Counted from the first letter of the stretch, positions 43,357-54,203 are shown. The stretch: DNA of 64,000 nucleotides from Chloroflexota bacterium (GCA_040905185.1 JBBDRZ010000001.1:115254-179253), one strand, 5' to 3'. Numbers and translations are program-made. Notes: generated by a model not told the origin, from the sequence alone.

Positions 43357-46113
43357 TCAGCGGCGGCGCCGGACCAGGCGCACCAGGTACGGCACGGCGC
43401 CCAGGATGAGCGGGAGCGCGAAGATGGGCACCAGGAACCCGGCCGAGGCCGGCCCTTCGGATCCGAGAGCCGAGCCGGCGGTGCCGGGCGGAGTGACGCA
43501 CGGCAACGGTTGTGGCGGGCAGGTCGGCGGCGGCGGGCAGCTCTGGTTGCCGTGACAGCCGGGCGGCGACGGGCTCGGCGTCGGCGTGGCCCTCAGCTCG
43601 CCGCAGATGGGGCCGCCGAACCCGCTGGTGCCGTGCAGGGGGGCAATCGCGTACTGGCTCCCGGACCTGGCCTGCCGGCCATTGTTCAACTTGTCGGCCC
43701 AGGCCGCCGCCGCGGCCACCCACAGGCGCGGCCGTCCAGCCTGCTGGACGTACTGGACGATGTCGAAGCATCCATCAGGGTGCCATTGGTCGGGATGGTG
43801 GACGTTGTCGACCGGCGGCAGGGTGCCGTCCAGGAACGGGATCTGGATCGTTTGTCCACACCCGCCACCCGGGCTCATGCCGCTGAATCGGCACACGGCG
43901 GACATCTGCACGCCCGGGGGTTGCGCGAAGGCCAGGTTGGGAACGGGTTGCTGCCCGTTCCAGTCCCACGGCTGATTGATGGCAATGTCCATGAAGTCGT
44001 GCCACAGGTACAACGGGCCATCCGCCGAGAACAGTCCCCCCGTGAAGCGGTTGGACATCGGCTCCTGGTTGTTGTTGCCCATCCAGACCCCCACCGTCAG
44101 GCTGCCCGGGATGTAGCCGAGACCCGAGACGTCCTTGAAGTCGTCCGTGGTTCCGGTCTTGAAACCGGCGCTGCGCCGGACCCCGCTGGGATCGGTCAGG
44201 CGGGCTCGAGGACCCCACAGCAGGTTGGTGGCCGGGTTCGTGTTGCCCTCGATGATCCAGTGCGTCAGGTACGCCTCGGCCGGGGACAGCGGGGTGGTCT
44301 CGGGAGGCCCGTTGGCCTCGCGCGCGTAGACCACACGACCATCGCGATCACGAATCTCGATGATGGCCGTGGCCGGGTGGAGACGACCCTGCTGGGCGAA
44401 GACGCTGTAGCCCTGGGTGAAGGTGGTGAGGTTGACCGGCACGGTACCCAGGCCCAGGGACAGACCTGGGTCCTGGGCCATGATGTAGTCATAGCTGGCG
44501 ATGCCCAGCGTCTCGGCAAAGCGCGCCGTCACATCGGGCCCGACCAGGCCCTGCATCTGCACCGAGGGGACGTTCAGCGAATAGCGGAGGGCGTCCATGG
44601 CCAAGACCGGGCCATGCTCCTGAATATCGGCGTTGGTCGGCAGGTACGGGAATTGCTCGTTCCCGAAGTTGGTCAGCGCGTCCACGAACATGGTTGACAC
44701 GGTCGCCTGGCGGGCCTGGAAGGCGGAGGTGTAGACGATGGGCTTCCAGGCCGATCCCGGCTGCCGGCGGGCCAGACCGGCCACGTCGAACTGGCCCTGG
44801 ACCCGCGGATCTTCCTGGTTGTAGTAGTCCACGCTGCCGATGTAGGCGACGATCTCTCCGGTGGCCGAGTCGATCGCCACCAGCGCCCCGTTGTGCACGT
44901 TCTTGTCGCCCAATGCCGCGACCCAGCGCACGACCTCCGACCGGGCGACCTGCTGGAGGGGATAGTCGAGGGTGGTGATGACCTGGTATCCGCCGGTGCG
45001 GACCGCCTGCTCCGGGTCAGGCACGCCGAGCGAGGCCAGGATGTTCACCATCTCGCGCTGGACGCGGAACGTGAAGTGCGGCTCTAGCAGCGGGTGCACG
45101 ACCCGGCTGGGATTCATCTCCTCCCAGGTGGTGGTCGAGGCGGTCGCGTACTCATCCAGCGTGATGTAGCCCTCTCCCAGCATGTTGAACAACACGCCGT
45201 CCCGCTCCCGCATGGCATCCACCGGCCCATCCGGGTTCTGGTAGGGGTCCAGGGCACTGGGACGCTGCGGGAGGGAGGCCAGGAAGGCGGCCTGGGCCAG
45301 GGTCAACTGGGACAGATCGGTGACCCCGAAGTAGTTGGCGGCCGCGGCCTTGATCCCGTATGAGCCGTTCCCGTAGAAGATCAGGTTCAGGTAGGTGGCC
45401 AGGATGAGCTCCTTGCCCTCGCGGCCGGGGTAGGCCGCGGTGACCTGCATGGACATGATCTGCTCGCGGATCTTGTCCTCGAACCCGCGACCCTCGAGGA
45501 AGGTCAGCTGCGGCGGGGGGCAGACGTCGTCCTGGATATTGCCTTCCCCGTCCGCGATGTCGCCGAGCGGCGCCAGGCTGGGCAGCGCGATCTCGTCCCC
45601 CGCCTGCTCCTGGGCGAGCACGATGGAACCGGCGTACTTGATCACCTGCTGGGTGATGGTCGACGCACCCTGGACGATCGACCCGGCCCGCAGGTTGGCG
45701 TATGCGGCGCGGGCGATGGCCTGGATGTCCACACCGTTGTTGGTCCAGAACGTCTGGTCCTCGCTCGCCACCGTAGCGTCCACGATGACGTCGGGAATCT
45801 CGTCGAATCGCACCGATTCACGGTTCTGGCACTCGAATCGAGCCAGCAGGACCGCGCCGGTGCGGTCGTAGACGAGGCTCGATTGCGGCAGCGGAACCTC
45901 GTCGAGGATGCGCGGGTCAGGCAGCCCGGTCGCGAAGTAGTTGTAGGCGAACAGGGCTCCGGCACCGGCGCCAAGCACCGATCCGCCGATCAGCACGCCA
46001 AAGAGCGCGAAGACGACGAGGAACCCCAGGAGCAGCCCTCGACGTTGAGACCCACGCCGAGCGCCTCGGCGGGTCAGCATCTGCCGACGCCGCCGCTGCA
46101 TAGCCGGATGCAT
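43357..46113 (-). CDS. class A penicillin-binding protein (transglycosylase plus transpeptidase) with Cys/Pro-rich C-terminal extension and C-terminal TM
   Basis: GT51 motifs EDQTFWTNNGVD, GASTITQQ. TPase SAWKP. Extension of about 200 aa ending in a hydrophobic helix plus RRRR. Confidence 0.85.
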   Translation of the reverse strand: MHPAMQRRRRQMLTRRGARRGSQRRGLLLGFLVVFALFGVLIGGSVLGAGAGALFAYNYFATGLPDPRILDEVPLPQSSLVYDRTGAVLLARFECQNRESVRFDEIPDVIVDATVASEDQTFWTNNGVDIQAIARAAYANLRAGSIVQGASTITQQVIKYAGSIVLAQEQAGDEIALPSLAPLGDIADGEGNIQDDVCPPPQLTFLEGRGFEDKIREQIMSMQVTAAYPGREGKELILATYLNLIFYGNGSYGIKAAAANYFGVTDLSQLTLAQAAFLASLPQRPSALDPYQNPDGPVDAMRERDGVLFNMLGEGYITLDEYATASTTTWEEMNPSRVVHPLLEPHFTFRVQREMVNILASLGVPDPEQAVRTGGYQVITTLDYPLQQVARSEVVRWVAALGDKNVHNGALVAIDSATGEIVAYIGSVDYYNQEDPRVQGQFDVAGLARRQPGSAWKPIVYTSAFQARQATVSTMFVDALTNFGNEQFPYLPTNADIQEHGPVLAMDALRYSLNVPSVQMQGLVGPDVTARFAETLGIASYDYIMAQDPGLSLGLGTVPVNLTTFTQGYSVFAQQGRLHPATAIIEIRDRDGRVVYAREANGPPETTPLSPAEAYLTHWIIEGNTNPATNLLWGPRARLTDPSGVRRSAGFKTGTTDDFKDVSGLGYIPGSLTVGVWMGNNNQEPMSNRFTGGLFSADGPLYLWHDFMDIAINQPWDWNGQQPVPNLAFAQPPGVQMSAVCRFSGMSPGGGCGQTIQIPFLDGTLPPVDNVHHPDQWHPDGCFDIVQYVQQAGRPRLWVAAAAAWADKLNNGRQARSGSQYAIAPLHGTSGFGGPICGELRATPTPSPSPPGCHGNQSCPPPPTCPPQPLPCVTPPGTAGSALGSEGPASAGFLVPIFALPLILGAVPYLVRLVRRRR

Positions 46114-46164
46114 CGGGCGACAGGGTACCAGCCGTTGTGAGATCGGTCGAATAGGCCGATCGGC

Positions 46165-46818
46165 TCAGAAACGGAGGCCGGCCGCGGCCGACGGCGCCAG
46201 CAGAGACACCTCGCGAAGCAGGGTCAGGACGTAGCCGGCCACGAGGTACGGACCGAAGGCGATGTACGACCGCAGGCCGACACGGCCGGTGACCACCAGG
46301 AACAGGCTCACCGCGGCGGCCAGCAGCGCCCCGGTGAAGAGGCCGCTCCACACAAGTGGCCAGCCGAGGGTGAGGCCGATGGGCACGGCCAGGTACAGGT
46401 CCCCGAGCGCCATCCCGCCCCGGATGATGAGGGTCAGGATCCCGAGAAAGACCACCGCGGCGGCCGCCCCGGCAAACGCCGCCACGGTCTCGACGGCCGG
46501 GTTGACGAACGCGAAGCCGACCGCGACCACGATCAGCGGGTCGAGCAGCAGGTGGGGCAGGCGTCGCTGTTCGAGGTCGGTAGCCACCAGGCCGACCATT
46601 AGGCCGAGCATCACCAGGTGAACCAGAACGGACCAGGGAGGGAGATGCGCCACGGTCACCAATCCGTAGGCCGCGCCCGCCGAGACGAGGCCCAGGCCCA
46701 GCGTCCGCCAGCTCGGAGGCCGCCGGCGAGCCTCGATCGCCGGCCAGACGCTCGCGAGTCGTTCGGCGCCGATCCCGAGGACGCCGAAGACGGCCGCGGC
46801 GACGGCCGGCAAGGGCAC
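46165..46818 (-). CDS. A24-family prepilin peptidase (CpaA/TadV-like)
   Basis: GTG at 46818 just past the pepA stop. Polytopic membrane protein with GGMALGDLYLA motif region. The N-terminal 107 aa of track ORF 46165..47139 overlap pepA and are rejected. Confidence 0.55.
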   Translation of the reverse strand: MPLPAVAAAVFGVLGIGAERLASVWPAIEARRRPPSWRTLGLGLVSAGAAYGLVTVAHLPPWSVLVHLVMLGLMVGLVATDLEQRRLPHLLLDPLIVVAVGFAFVNPAVETVAAFAGAAAAVVFLGILTLIIRGGMALGDLYLAVPIGLTLGWPLVWSGLFTGALLAAAVSLFLVVTGRVGLRSYIAFGPYLVAGYVLTLLREVSLLAPSAAAGLRF

Positions 46819-46820
46819 CG

Positions 46821-48302
46821 CTACTCGACCTTCTCCCCGGCCGCGAAGTCGAGGCCCAGCCGAACCAGGGTCGTCACCGCGACGCCCACGGCGCCCTTCG
46901 GGAACGTGGCCCTGTCCGCGCTCATCCAGGCCGTTCCCGCCACGTCCATGTGGACCCATGGGCGGGTCGTGAACTCGGAGATGAACAGCGCGCTCTTGAT
47001 CAGCGATCCATCTCGTGAGCCGCTGTTGACCAGATCCGCGTAGGGCGTGTCCAGCTGGGTCCGGTACTCGGTGGCCAGTGGCATCTCCCACACCCACTCG
47101 CCGGTTGCATCGGCAGCGGCGCGCACCTGGTCGCCCCACGAGCGCGGCTTGGCGAAGTAGGCGCTGATGAGCTCACCGAAGGCCGAGGCCGCCACCCCGG
47201 TCAGGGTCGCGACGTCCACCAGGTGGCTGGCGCCCTGGGTCTCGGCCCAGGACAGTGCATCGGCCAGGATCAGGCGACCCTCGGCATCGGTGTTGGTGAC
47301 CTCGATGGTCTTGCCGTTCATGGCCTTGACGACGTCGCCCGGTCGCTGCGCCCGGCCCCCCGGCATGTTCTCGACCATGGGCGCCACGGCCATCACCGGC
47401 GCGTCGGGGGCCAGGCGGGCCAGGGTCCGGGCAGCGGCGATCACGGCGGCCGCGCCGGACTTGTCGTGCTTCATCTCGTCCATCTTGTCGGCCGGCTTGA
47501 TGCTCAGGCCGCCGGAGTCGAAGCAGACTCCCTTGCCCACGATGGCCAACCGGCGGTCGCCGCCCTGCTCCCAGCCGGGAAGCTTGATCGCGATCAGGCA
47601 CGGCGGGTGCTCTCCGCCCTGGCCCACGCCCAGCAGCGCGTTCATGCCGAGCTGCCGCATCTCCGGGACGTGGAGGACCTCGACCGTGCAGCCATCGGCC
47701 TCCAGGGCTCGTGCCTCCTCGGCCATCTTTTCTGGATACAGGTCATTGGCAGCCCGGTTCGACAGGTCGCGGCACCACGCGACGCCTTCGGCCAGGGTGG
47801 CGGCCCGGTCGAGCACCGCCTGGTCCGCCCCCAGGATCACGACCTCTTCCACGTTGCGTCTCATGGCGTCGGTGTCGCGGACGCGCCCGTACAGGTCCAT
47901 TGGCCGATAGGTGCCGGCCACCGCTCCCACGGCTGCCGCCGTGAATCCATCGGCATCCTCGCCGTCCCGCAGCCAGAGCGCCATCCGCGAGGCTCCCTTG
48001 CCCTGCAGCGCACGGGTCGCCACGCCGGCCGTGCGACGAGCGCGCCACGGACCCCGTCCGCGACGGACCCCGTTGACCAGCAGGATGTGCTCGACCGGCA
48101 GGTCACCACCGTCGATCAACGCGAAGTAGTCCTCGAGGATGTTGAACCGGCCCCAGTCGATGGCCTGGCGGATGACGCCTCCGGCGGCGGCATCCAGGTT
48201 GGCCAGGTCATCCGCGAACGGGTCGTCTTCCTTGTACACGGGGACGGCAAGAACGGTGGCCTCGACCGATCCCGGGTCCGTGGCTTCCGCGCGCAGCCTC
48301 AT
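46821..48302 (-). CDS. pepA: leucyl aminopeptidase (M17)
   Basis: NTDAEGRLILADAL signature. Mn/Zn ligand region. 493 aa. Confidence 0.9.
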   Translation of the reverse strand: MRLRAEATDPGSVEATVLAVPVYKEDDPFADDLANLDAAAGGVIRQAIDWGRFNILEDYFALIDGGDLPVEHILLVNGVRRGRGPWRARRTAGVATRALQGKGASRMALWLRDGEDADGFTAAAVGAVAGTYRPMDLYGRVRDTDAMRRNVEEVVILGADQAVLDRAATLAEGVAWCRDLSNRAANDLYPEKMAEEARALEADGCTVEVLHVPEMRQLGMNALLGVGQGGEHPPCLIAIKLPGWEQGGDRRLAIVGKGVCFDSGGLSIKPADKMDEMKHDKSGAAAVIAAARTLARLAPDAPVMAVAPMVENMPGGRAQRPGDVVKAMNGKTIEVTNTDAEGRLILADALSWAETQGASHLVDVATLTGVAASAFGELISAYFAKPRSWGDQVRAAADATGEWVWEMPLATEYRTQLDTPYADLVNSGSRDGSLIKSALFISEFTTRPWVHMDVAGTAWMSADRATFPKGAVGVAVTTLVRLGLDFAAGEKVE

Positions 48303-48366
48303 CCGATCTCCTGACTCGTGCGTTCGAAACAGACCGATACGAGGGCGGCGCCTGCCGCCACACGGG

Positions 48367-49281
48367 TCAGCGGAGTATAGACAGGCCGGCCAATTGATCC
48401 CGGGCCGCCCCGACCGCGCGCAGGGCAGCGGCCGACGAGGCGGACGCGGGGCTGGTGATCGCGGTCGCGGCCTCGCCCAGGGCGATGGTCAGGGCCTGGT
48501 CCGCGCGGCCCGCGTTGCTGGCGGCAGCATCGTAGGCCGCCTGCGCCGCCGCGAGTGCCGCAGCGTCGCCCGCCTGGGCGGCGTGGGCGATGTCGCGCGC
48601 GGCGTCGATCAGGGCGGCCACCGTGTCGATCCAGTATCCGAGCGTGGAAAGCTGACCGTTGAAGTCGCCCACCTGCTCGAGGTATCTGGTGGCGTGATCC
48701 ATCGCGTCCAGCGCGGCCGACGGGTCGTCCGCGTCGAGGGCCGCCAGGCCGTCGCCCAGCGCCTCCAGCGTCGATTCAGCCTGCCGCCGCATGTCGCTGA
48801 GCGCCGCGCTGGGCAGCGCCGTCGCGCGCCACTGCGCCCCGACGGCGACCAGGTCCGCCGGCAGCAGGCCGAGTTGCGGCGACGATTCCTGGGGGTCGAT
48901 CGCGCGCAACGTCCAGCCCAGCACGACGAACGCGGCGTGGGCGTCGGCGAGGGGCGTGGCGGCGGCCTCGAAGCCGAGTCCCGCCGCCTCCAGCGCCGCG
49001 GTCGGGTCCTCGGGGCCGCCGACGATGGCGGCCTGTCCTCGCCGTGCCTCGTCGGTGGCGTCGCGCATGAGGTTCTCGGCTGCGTCCAGCGCAGCCTCCG
49101 CCGCCCGGGCGTGCGCAGCCGCCTCGTCGGTGAGCCAGGCCACCCTGAGCGGATCGGCCACCCGCGAGTCGGCTGAGCGCGCCCCGAACAGCAGCGCGAG
49201 GAGCACGGTGGAGGCCACGAACGGGGCGATTCGGATCACGCGGCTCCTATCATGCCCCGGTGGAGAGCCCTCCCACAGCAC
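48367..49281 (-). CDS. hypothetical Ala-rich membrane-anchored protein
   Basis: N-terminal hydrophobic segment VIRIAPFVASTVLLALLFG followed by an Ala-rich helical region. No recognisable domain. Confidence 0.4.
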   Translation of the reverse strand: MLWEGSPPGHDRSRVIRIAPFVASTVLLALLFGARSADSRVADPLRVAWLTDEAAAHARAAEAALDAAENLMRDATDEARRGQAAIVGGPEDPTAALEAAGLGFEAAATPLADAHAAFVVLGWTLRAIDPQESSPQLGLLPADLVAVGAQWRATALPSAALSDMRRQAESTLEALGDGLAALDADDPSAALDAMDHATRYLEQVGDFNGQLSTLGYWIDTVAALIDAARDIAHAAQAGDAAALAAAQAAYDAAASNAGRADQALTIALGEAATAITSPASASSAAALRAVGAARDQLAGLSILR

Positions 49282-50321
49282 TGGTCGAGACCCTGCGCCG
49301 GCTGCCCAAGGCCGAGCTCCACCAGCACCTGGATGGCGCGCTGCGCCCGCAGACCGCCGTCGAGCTGGCTGCGGAGGTGGGCATGAGCCTCAGCCTGGAC
49401 GAGGCCCGTCAACGCCTCGTCGCGCCGGTCCGCTGCCGCGACCAGGCCGACCTGCTGTCCTATTTCGATCTCCCCGTCTCCCTCCTCCAGTCCACCGCCG
49501 CCCTGCGCCGAGCGGCGGCCGAGCTGGTCGAGGACATGGCGGCGGATGGCACGACCTACGGCGAGATCCGCTGGGCGCCTCGCCTCCACATGGACGGCGG
49601 CCTCGGTGTCCGCGATGTCATCGAAGCCGTGTCCAATGGCGTGGCGGATGCCCGCGAGGCGGCGGGGTCGTCGTCGCCGATGATCGGGCTCATCGTCACC
49701 GCCATGCGATCACATCCGCCCGGCGCCAATGTCGAGCTCGCCCGCCAGGCAGCCGCGTTCGGTCCACCGGTGGTCGGGTTCGACCTGGCCGGCCCCGAGG
49801 CCGAATATCCGGCCCCGCCCCACGCGGCAGCCTTCCGCGCGGCGGGCGCGGCCGGGCTGGGCCTCACCGCCCACGCGGGCGAAACTCCCGGTTCGGCGCA
49901 CATCTGGGAGGTGCTCGAGTTCGGGATCAGCCGCGTCGCACACGGCACGCCGGCGATCGACGATCCGGACCTCGTCCAATCCCTCCGCGAGCGAGGGGTC
50001 ACGCTCGACATGTGCCCCACCAGCAACGTCCAGGCCGCGATCGTGCCCGACCTGGCCGCGCACCCCGTTGCGCGACTCCATCGCGCCGGGGTCAGCGTGA
50101 CCCTGTCCACGGACGATCGAACCGTGGCCGGCACCACGCTCAGCGATGAGCTGGCGCGCGTGGCGCTGGCGACCCGGATGACGCCCGACGAGCTGGCGGA
50201 AATCGCCATCAACGGGTTTCGGCGCGGCTTCAGCGCGCCGTTGGAGCTGGCGACGCGCCGGGCCGAGGCGGCCCGCGTCTGGCACGCGTGGGCCGGCAAC
50301 CCGGAGTCGCTCAGCGGCTGA
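49260..50321 (+). CDS. add: adenosine deaminase
   Basis: LPKAELHQHLDGALRP, HAGE, SLSTDD motifs. Confidence 0.85.
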   Translation: MESPPTALVETLRRLPKAELHQHLDGALRPQTAVELAAEVGMSLSLDEARQRLVAPVRCRDQADLLSYFDLPVSLLQSTAALRRAAAELVEDMAADGTTYGEIRWAPRLHMDGGLGVRDVIEAVSNGVADAREAAGSSSPMIGLIVTAMRSHPPGANVELARQAAAFGPPVVGFDLAGPEAEYPAPPHAAAFRAAGAAGLGLTAHAGETPGSAHIWEVLEFGISRVAHGTPAIDDPDLVQSLRERGVTLDMCPTSNVQAAIVPDLAAHPVARLHRAGVSVTLSTDDRTVAGTTLSDELARVALATRMTPDELAEIAINGFRRGFSAPLELATRRAEAARVWHAWAGNPESLSG

Positions 50322-51144
50322 TCCAGCCCGCCACCAGGTCCCACGCCGCAGCCGCGTCGGCCGCCACGTGGTCCGGGCCCCGCTCCCCGCTCAGGGTCGC
50401 GACCGCGGCAGGCGCGGTGACCCCGGTCAGGACGAGCACGCTTTCAATCCCGGCTCGGTGCGCCGCGCGAATGTCCGAATCCGGGTTGTCGCCGATGACC
50501 AGGGCCTCCGGCGGGCCCACGCCGGTGGCGTCGAGGATGGCGTGGAACATCGCCGGCTCCGGCTTGCCGATGACCAGCGGCTCAACCCCGCTCGCGTCGC
50601 GGATGGCGGCCACCATGGCACCCGCTCCGGGGCGGAAGCCGGTCGGGGTTGGATAGCGGGCATCGGCGTTGGTGGCGATGAACCGCGCGCCTGCCCGTAT
50701 CTCCCGTGCGGCGACAGCCAGCCGCCGATCGTCAAAGTCCGGATCCAGCCCGACCAGCACGGCATCCACCCGCCGATTCGCGGCATCAGCGGCCGGGAAG
50801 ACCTCGTAGCCGGCGGATCGCAGCTCCTCGACCATGCCGTCGGCGCCCACCGCCAGAACGGTGCGCACCTGGGGTTCGTGGCGGCGGAGATGGTCGATCG
50901 TGGCCGACGTCGAGGTCACGATCTCTGTGGCGTCGGCCGCGATCCCCATCCGCCGCAGCCGTTCCGCGTAGTCCGCCCGGGTGGACATCGAGTTGTTCGT
51001 CGCGTACCGAACCAGGAGTTCGGCTCCGTGCAGTCGGCGGACGAGCTCAGCGGCTCCCTCGACGGGCCGATCCCCGCGGTACACGACGCCATCCAGATCG
51101 AGGATGACCACGTGCAGGCGATGGGGAGGGCGGGCCCTGGACAC
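50311..51144 (-). CDS. HAD-IIA family hydrolase (NagD-like)
   Basis: ILDLDGVVYRG motif I, YATNNS, GDNPDSDI motif IV. Confidence 0.8.
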   Translation of the reverse strand: MSRARPPHRLHVVILDLDGVVYRGDRPVEGAAELVRRLHGAELLVRYATNNSMSTRADYAERLRRMGIAADATEIVTSTSATIDHLRRHEPQVRTVLAVGADGMVEELRSAGYEVFPAADAANRRVDAVLVGLDPDFDDRRLAVAAREIRAGARFIATNADARYPTPTGFRPGAGAMVAAIRDASGVEPLVIGKPEPAMFHAILDATGVGPPEALVIGDNPDSDIRAAHRAGIESVLVLTGVTAPAAVATLSGERGPDHVAADAAAAWDLVAGWISR

Positions 51145-51342
51145 GCGACCGATGATAGAGCCCAGTGCGCTCGGCCCCAGCGTGCCAAGAATGTTGTTTC
51201 GCGCGCCGATCGCCCTGTATGATGCGGCCGCATTCGGCCCGGGTCAGCCGCCTTGCTGACCGTGCCCGAGCCCCGCCCGTGCGCGTCATGTCCGCGACCA
51301 GCGGGAACGGAGGAAGACCCCCATACGGGTGGAGGATTATTC

Positions 51343-52524
51343 ATGCGGAACCAGCGAAGGTTTGGTTACTTCGCGCTCCTGGTCACGGCGGTCATGGTGC
51401 TGGCGGCCTGTACCGGCGGCACGATCAACGTCGGCAAGGGTCTCTGCCGCGAGATCGGCGACAACGTGGCAGCCCCGCCGCCATCGGCCGAGCCCACCGG
51501 GACCAGTGACCTGGTCATCGGCGTCGTCACCGACGTCGGGACGCTCGACGACCGGAACTTCAACCAGTACAGCTGGGAGGGCGCGCTGCACGGCGCGGCC
51601 ACCATCGGGGCAGCGGAGCCGACCGCTGTCGTCACCCAGGACGAGTCCGAGTACGCGGCCAACATCCAGTCCCAGGTGGACGCCGGGGCCGACGTCATCG
51701 TGACCGTCGGATTCGCCATCGGAGCCGCGACGCTCGAGGCCGCCACCGAGAATCCCGACATCCACTTCATCGGCGTCGATCAGTTCCAGACCATGGCCCC
51801 GGAGGAGGCACTCCCCAACTACGAGAGCCTCATCTACAGCGAGGCCCAGGCTGGATACCTGGCGGGCATAGTTGCCGGCAGCATCAGCGAGAGCGGCGAG
51901 GTCGCCACGCTGGGCGGGCACAGCAACATCCCGCCGGTCGTGAACTACATGCGCGGCTTCCAGAACGGCGTGCTCACGGTGAACCCAGATGCGACCGTGC
52001 ATCTGAAGTACGTCACCGACAGTGACCTCACCGCTGCGTTCAACGACCCGGCGGGCGGCAAGACGTTCGCGGCCCAGTTCCTGGCCCAAAACGAGAACGT
52101 GGACGTTCTCTTCCAGGTCGCCGGCAAGACCGGAAACGGCATGCTGCAGGCGGTGGAGGAAGCGGGGATCTTCGGTATCGGCGTCGACGTCGACCAGTGG
52201 GCCTCGACCCCCGACTCGGCCGAGTGCATCGTGACCAGCGCCGAGAAGAAGCTCTCCGCCTCAGTGAGCGACGCCATCCAGGACTTCGCCGCTGGTGAGG
52301 AGCGCAGCTGGAACCAGTTCCTCGGCGCCGCCGAGGGGATGGTGGGCCTGGCCCCCTACTACCAGTTTGCCGAGATCATCACCGACGACATCCAGAGCGA
52401 GATCGACAGCGCATTCGATGCGATGGTCGACGGTTCGCTGGATGTGTGCCAGCCGGCACGCTGGGAGTCCGGGACCGAGTCCAACTGTTACTTCGGTGGG
52501 GGCGACGGGGACCCGGGCACCTGA
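51343..52524 (+). CDS. BMP-family ABC transporter substrate-binding lipoprotein (nucleoside-binding, PnrA-like)
   Basis: ATG 51343 preceded by ggagga. Lipoprotein signal LAACTGG. BMP family core. Confidence 0.85.
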   Translation: MRNQRRFGYFALLVTAVMVLAACTGGTINVGKGLCREIGDNVAAPPPSAEPTGTSDLVIGVVTDVGTLDDRNFNQYSWEGALHGAATIGAAEPTAVVTQDESEYAANIQSQVDAGADVIVTVGFAIGAATLEAATENPDIHFIGVDQFQTMAPEEALPNYESLIYSEAQAGYLAGIVAGSISESGEVATLGGHSNIPPVVNYMRGFQNGVLTVNPDATVHLKYVTDSDLTAAFNDPAGGKTFAAQFLAQNENVDVLFQVAGKTGNGMLQAVEEAGIFGIGVDVDQWASTPDSAECIVTSAEKKLSASVSDAIQDFAAGEERSWNQFLGAAEGMVGLAPYYQFAEIITDDIQSEIDSAFDAMVDGSLDVCQPARWESGTESNCYFGGGDGDPGT

Positions 52525-52616
52525 TCCCCACCCTCAACCCCTGACCTACGCAGCGTGCGAGCGGGCCGGTCTCAGGATCGGCCCGCTCGTCGTATCTCGT
52601 ATCGGAGAGCAATCCG

Positions 52617-54203
52617 ATGTTGAATGCTGAAGCCGCGGCGAGCGCCGCGCCGGCTCCTCCGCTGCTCGAGATGCGGAGGATCACCAAGCGCTTCCCGGGA
52701 GTGGTCGCCTGCGAAGGCATCAGCCTCGACCTGCGGGCCGGCGAGATCCACGCCCTGCTCGGCGAGAACGGGGCCGGCAAGACCACTCTTATGAACGTCC
52801 TCTACGGGCTCGCCATCCCGAACGAGGGGGAGATCCTGCTGGATGGCCAGCCCATCGAGATCGAGAGCCCGCATGACGCGATCGACCGCGGGATCAGCAT
52901 GGTCCACCAGCACTTCATGCTCATCCCGGTCCTGTCCGTCGCCGACAACATCCTGCTCGGTGATGAGCCGATGCGTCGGGCTGGCCTTATCGACCGGGCA
53001 CGCGCGGCGGAGGCCATCCGCGAGTTGGGCCGCTCCTTCGGGTGGGAGATCGATCCGGACCGGCCAGTGGGCCAGCTGTCCGTCGGCTGGCAGCAACGGA
53101 TCGAGATCCTGAAGGCCATTTACCGCAACGCGAAGATCCTGGTGCTGGACGAGCCGACGGCCGTCCTCACGCCCCAGGAAACGCGCGAGATCTTCGACGT
53201 CCTTCGACGCCTGAAAGCGGAGGGCTACGCGATCATCTTCATCAGCCACAAGCTGTACGAGGTCCTCGAGATCGCGGACCGCATCACGGTGATCCGGCGC
53301 GGCCGGGTCGTCGGCAGCCGCCGCCCGGGCGAGACCAACGAAGACGAGCTGGCCGAGATGATGGTCGGCCGCGAAGTGCAGCTGACCGTCCCTCGGGGCG
53401 AGAGCCATCCCGCCGAACCGATGCTCGAGGTCCGCGACCTGGCGGTCCGGGACGACCGGGGCCGCGAGGTCGTGCACGAGATGAGCTTCGAGGTCCGGGC
53501 TGGCGAGATCTTCGGGATCGCGGGCGTGGCGGGCAACGGCCAGGACGAGCTGGTCGGCGCGATCACCGGGCTCCGCCATCCGAACGCGGGGACGGTCTCG
53601 CTGGCCGGCCAGGACGTCACGGGCGCCGAGCCCCGCCGCATGCACCGGCTGGGGGTGGGCTTCGTCCCAGGGGATCGGCAGCGGTTCGGGCTGGTCATGA
53701 GCTTTCCCATCGCCGACAACCTCGTCATGAACGACTACTACCACCCCCCGTACTCGCATGGGATGGCCTTGAACCAGGACGCGGTTCGTGCCGATGCCGA
53801 GGCGGCCATCGAGAAATACGACATCCGGACGCCATCGGCGGCAGCCGGCGCCGAGACGCTGTCGGGCGGCAACCAGCAGAAGGTCATCGTCGCCCGCGAG
53901 TTCGAGGGCGATCTGAAGCTCCTCGTCCTCGACCAGCCTACGCGCGGGCTGGACGTCGGCAGCATCGAGTTCATCCACCGCCAGGCCATTGCCCGCCGCG
54001 ACACGGGGGTGGCCATCCTTCTCGTCTCAGCCGAGCTGGACGAGGTCCTCGAGCTCTCGGACCGCATCGCGGTCATGTACCGCGGGCGCATCGTTGAGGT
54101 CCTCGACGGCCGTACCGCCGACAAAGAGGACGTCGGGCTCCTCATGGCCACCGGTGGCCGGGGAAGCGGGATCCAGGAGCAGGTGGTGGAGGTCGGCTCG
54201 TGA
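52617..54203 (+). CDS. ABC transporter ATP-binding protein, duplicated ATPase domains
   Basis: Two Walker A / signature sets (GENGAGKTT...; the second with LSGGNQQKV). Confidence 0.85.
   Translation: MLNAEAAASAAPAPPLLEMRRITKRFPGVVACEGISLDLRAGEIHALLGENGAGKTTLMNVLYGLAIPNEGEILLDGQPIEIESPHDAIDRGISMVHQHFMLIPVLSVADNILLGDEPMRRAGLIDRARAAEAIRELGRSFGWEIDPDRPVGQLSVGWQQRIEILKAIYRNAKILVLDEPTAVLTPQETREIFDVLRRLKAEGYAIIFISHKLYEVLEIADRITVIRRGRVVGSRRPGETNEDELAEMMVGREVQLTVPRGESHPAEPMLEVRDLAVRDDRGREVVHEMSFEVRAGEIFGIAGVAGNGQDELVGAITGLRHPNAGTVSLAGQDVTGAEPRRMHRLGVGFVPGDRQRFGLVMSFPIADNLVMNDYYHPPYSHGMALNQDAVRADAEAAIEKYDIRTPSAAAGAETLSGGNQQKVIVAREFEGDLKLLVLDQPTRGLDVGSIEFIHRQAIARRDTGVAILLVSAELDEVLELSDRIAVMYRGRIVEVLDGRTADKEDVGLLMATGGRGSGIQEQVVEVGS

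Noticed and set aside
46819-47139. N-terminal 107 aa of ORF 46165..47139
   Set aside because: Overlaps the pepA coding region in another frame and has no peptidase-A24 similarity. The gene was trimmed to the GTG at 46818.
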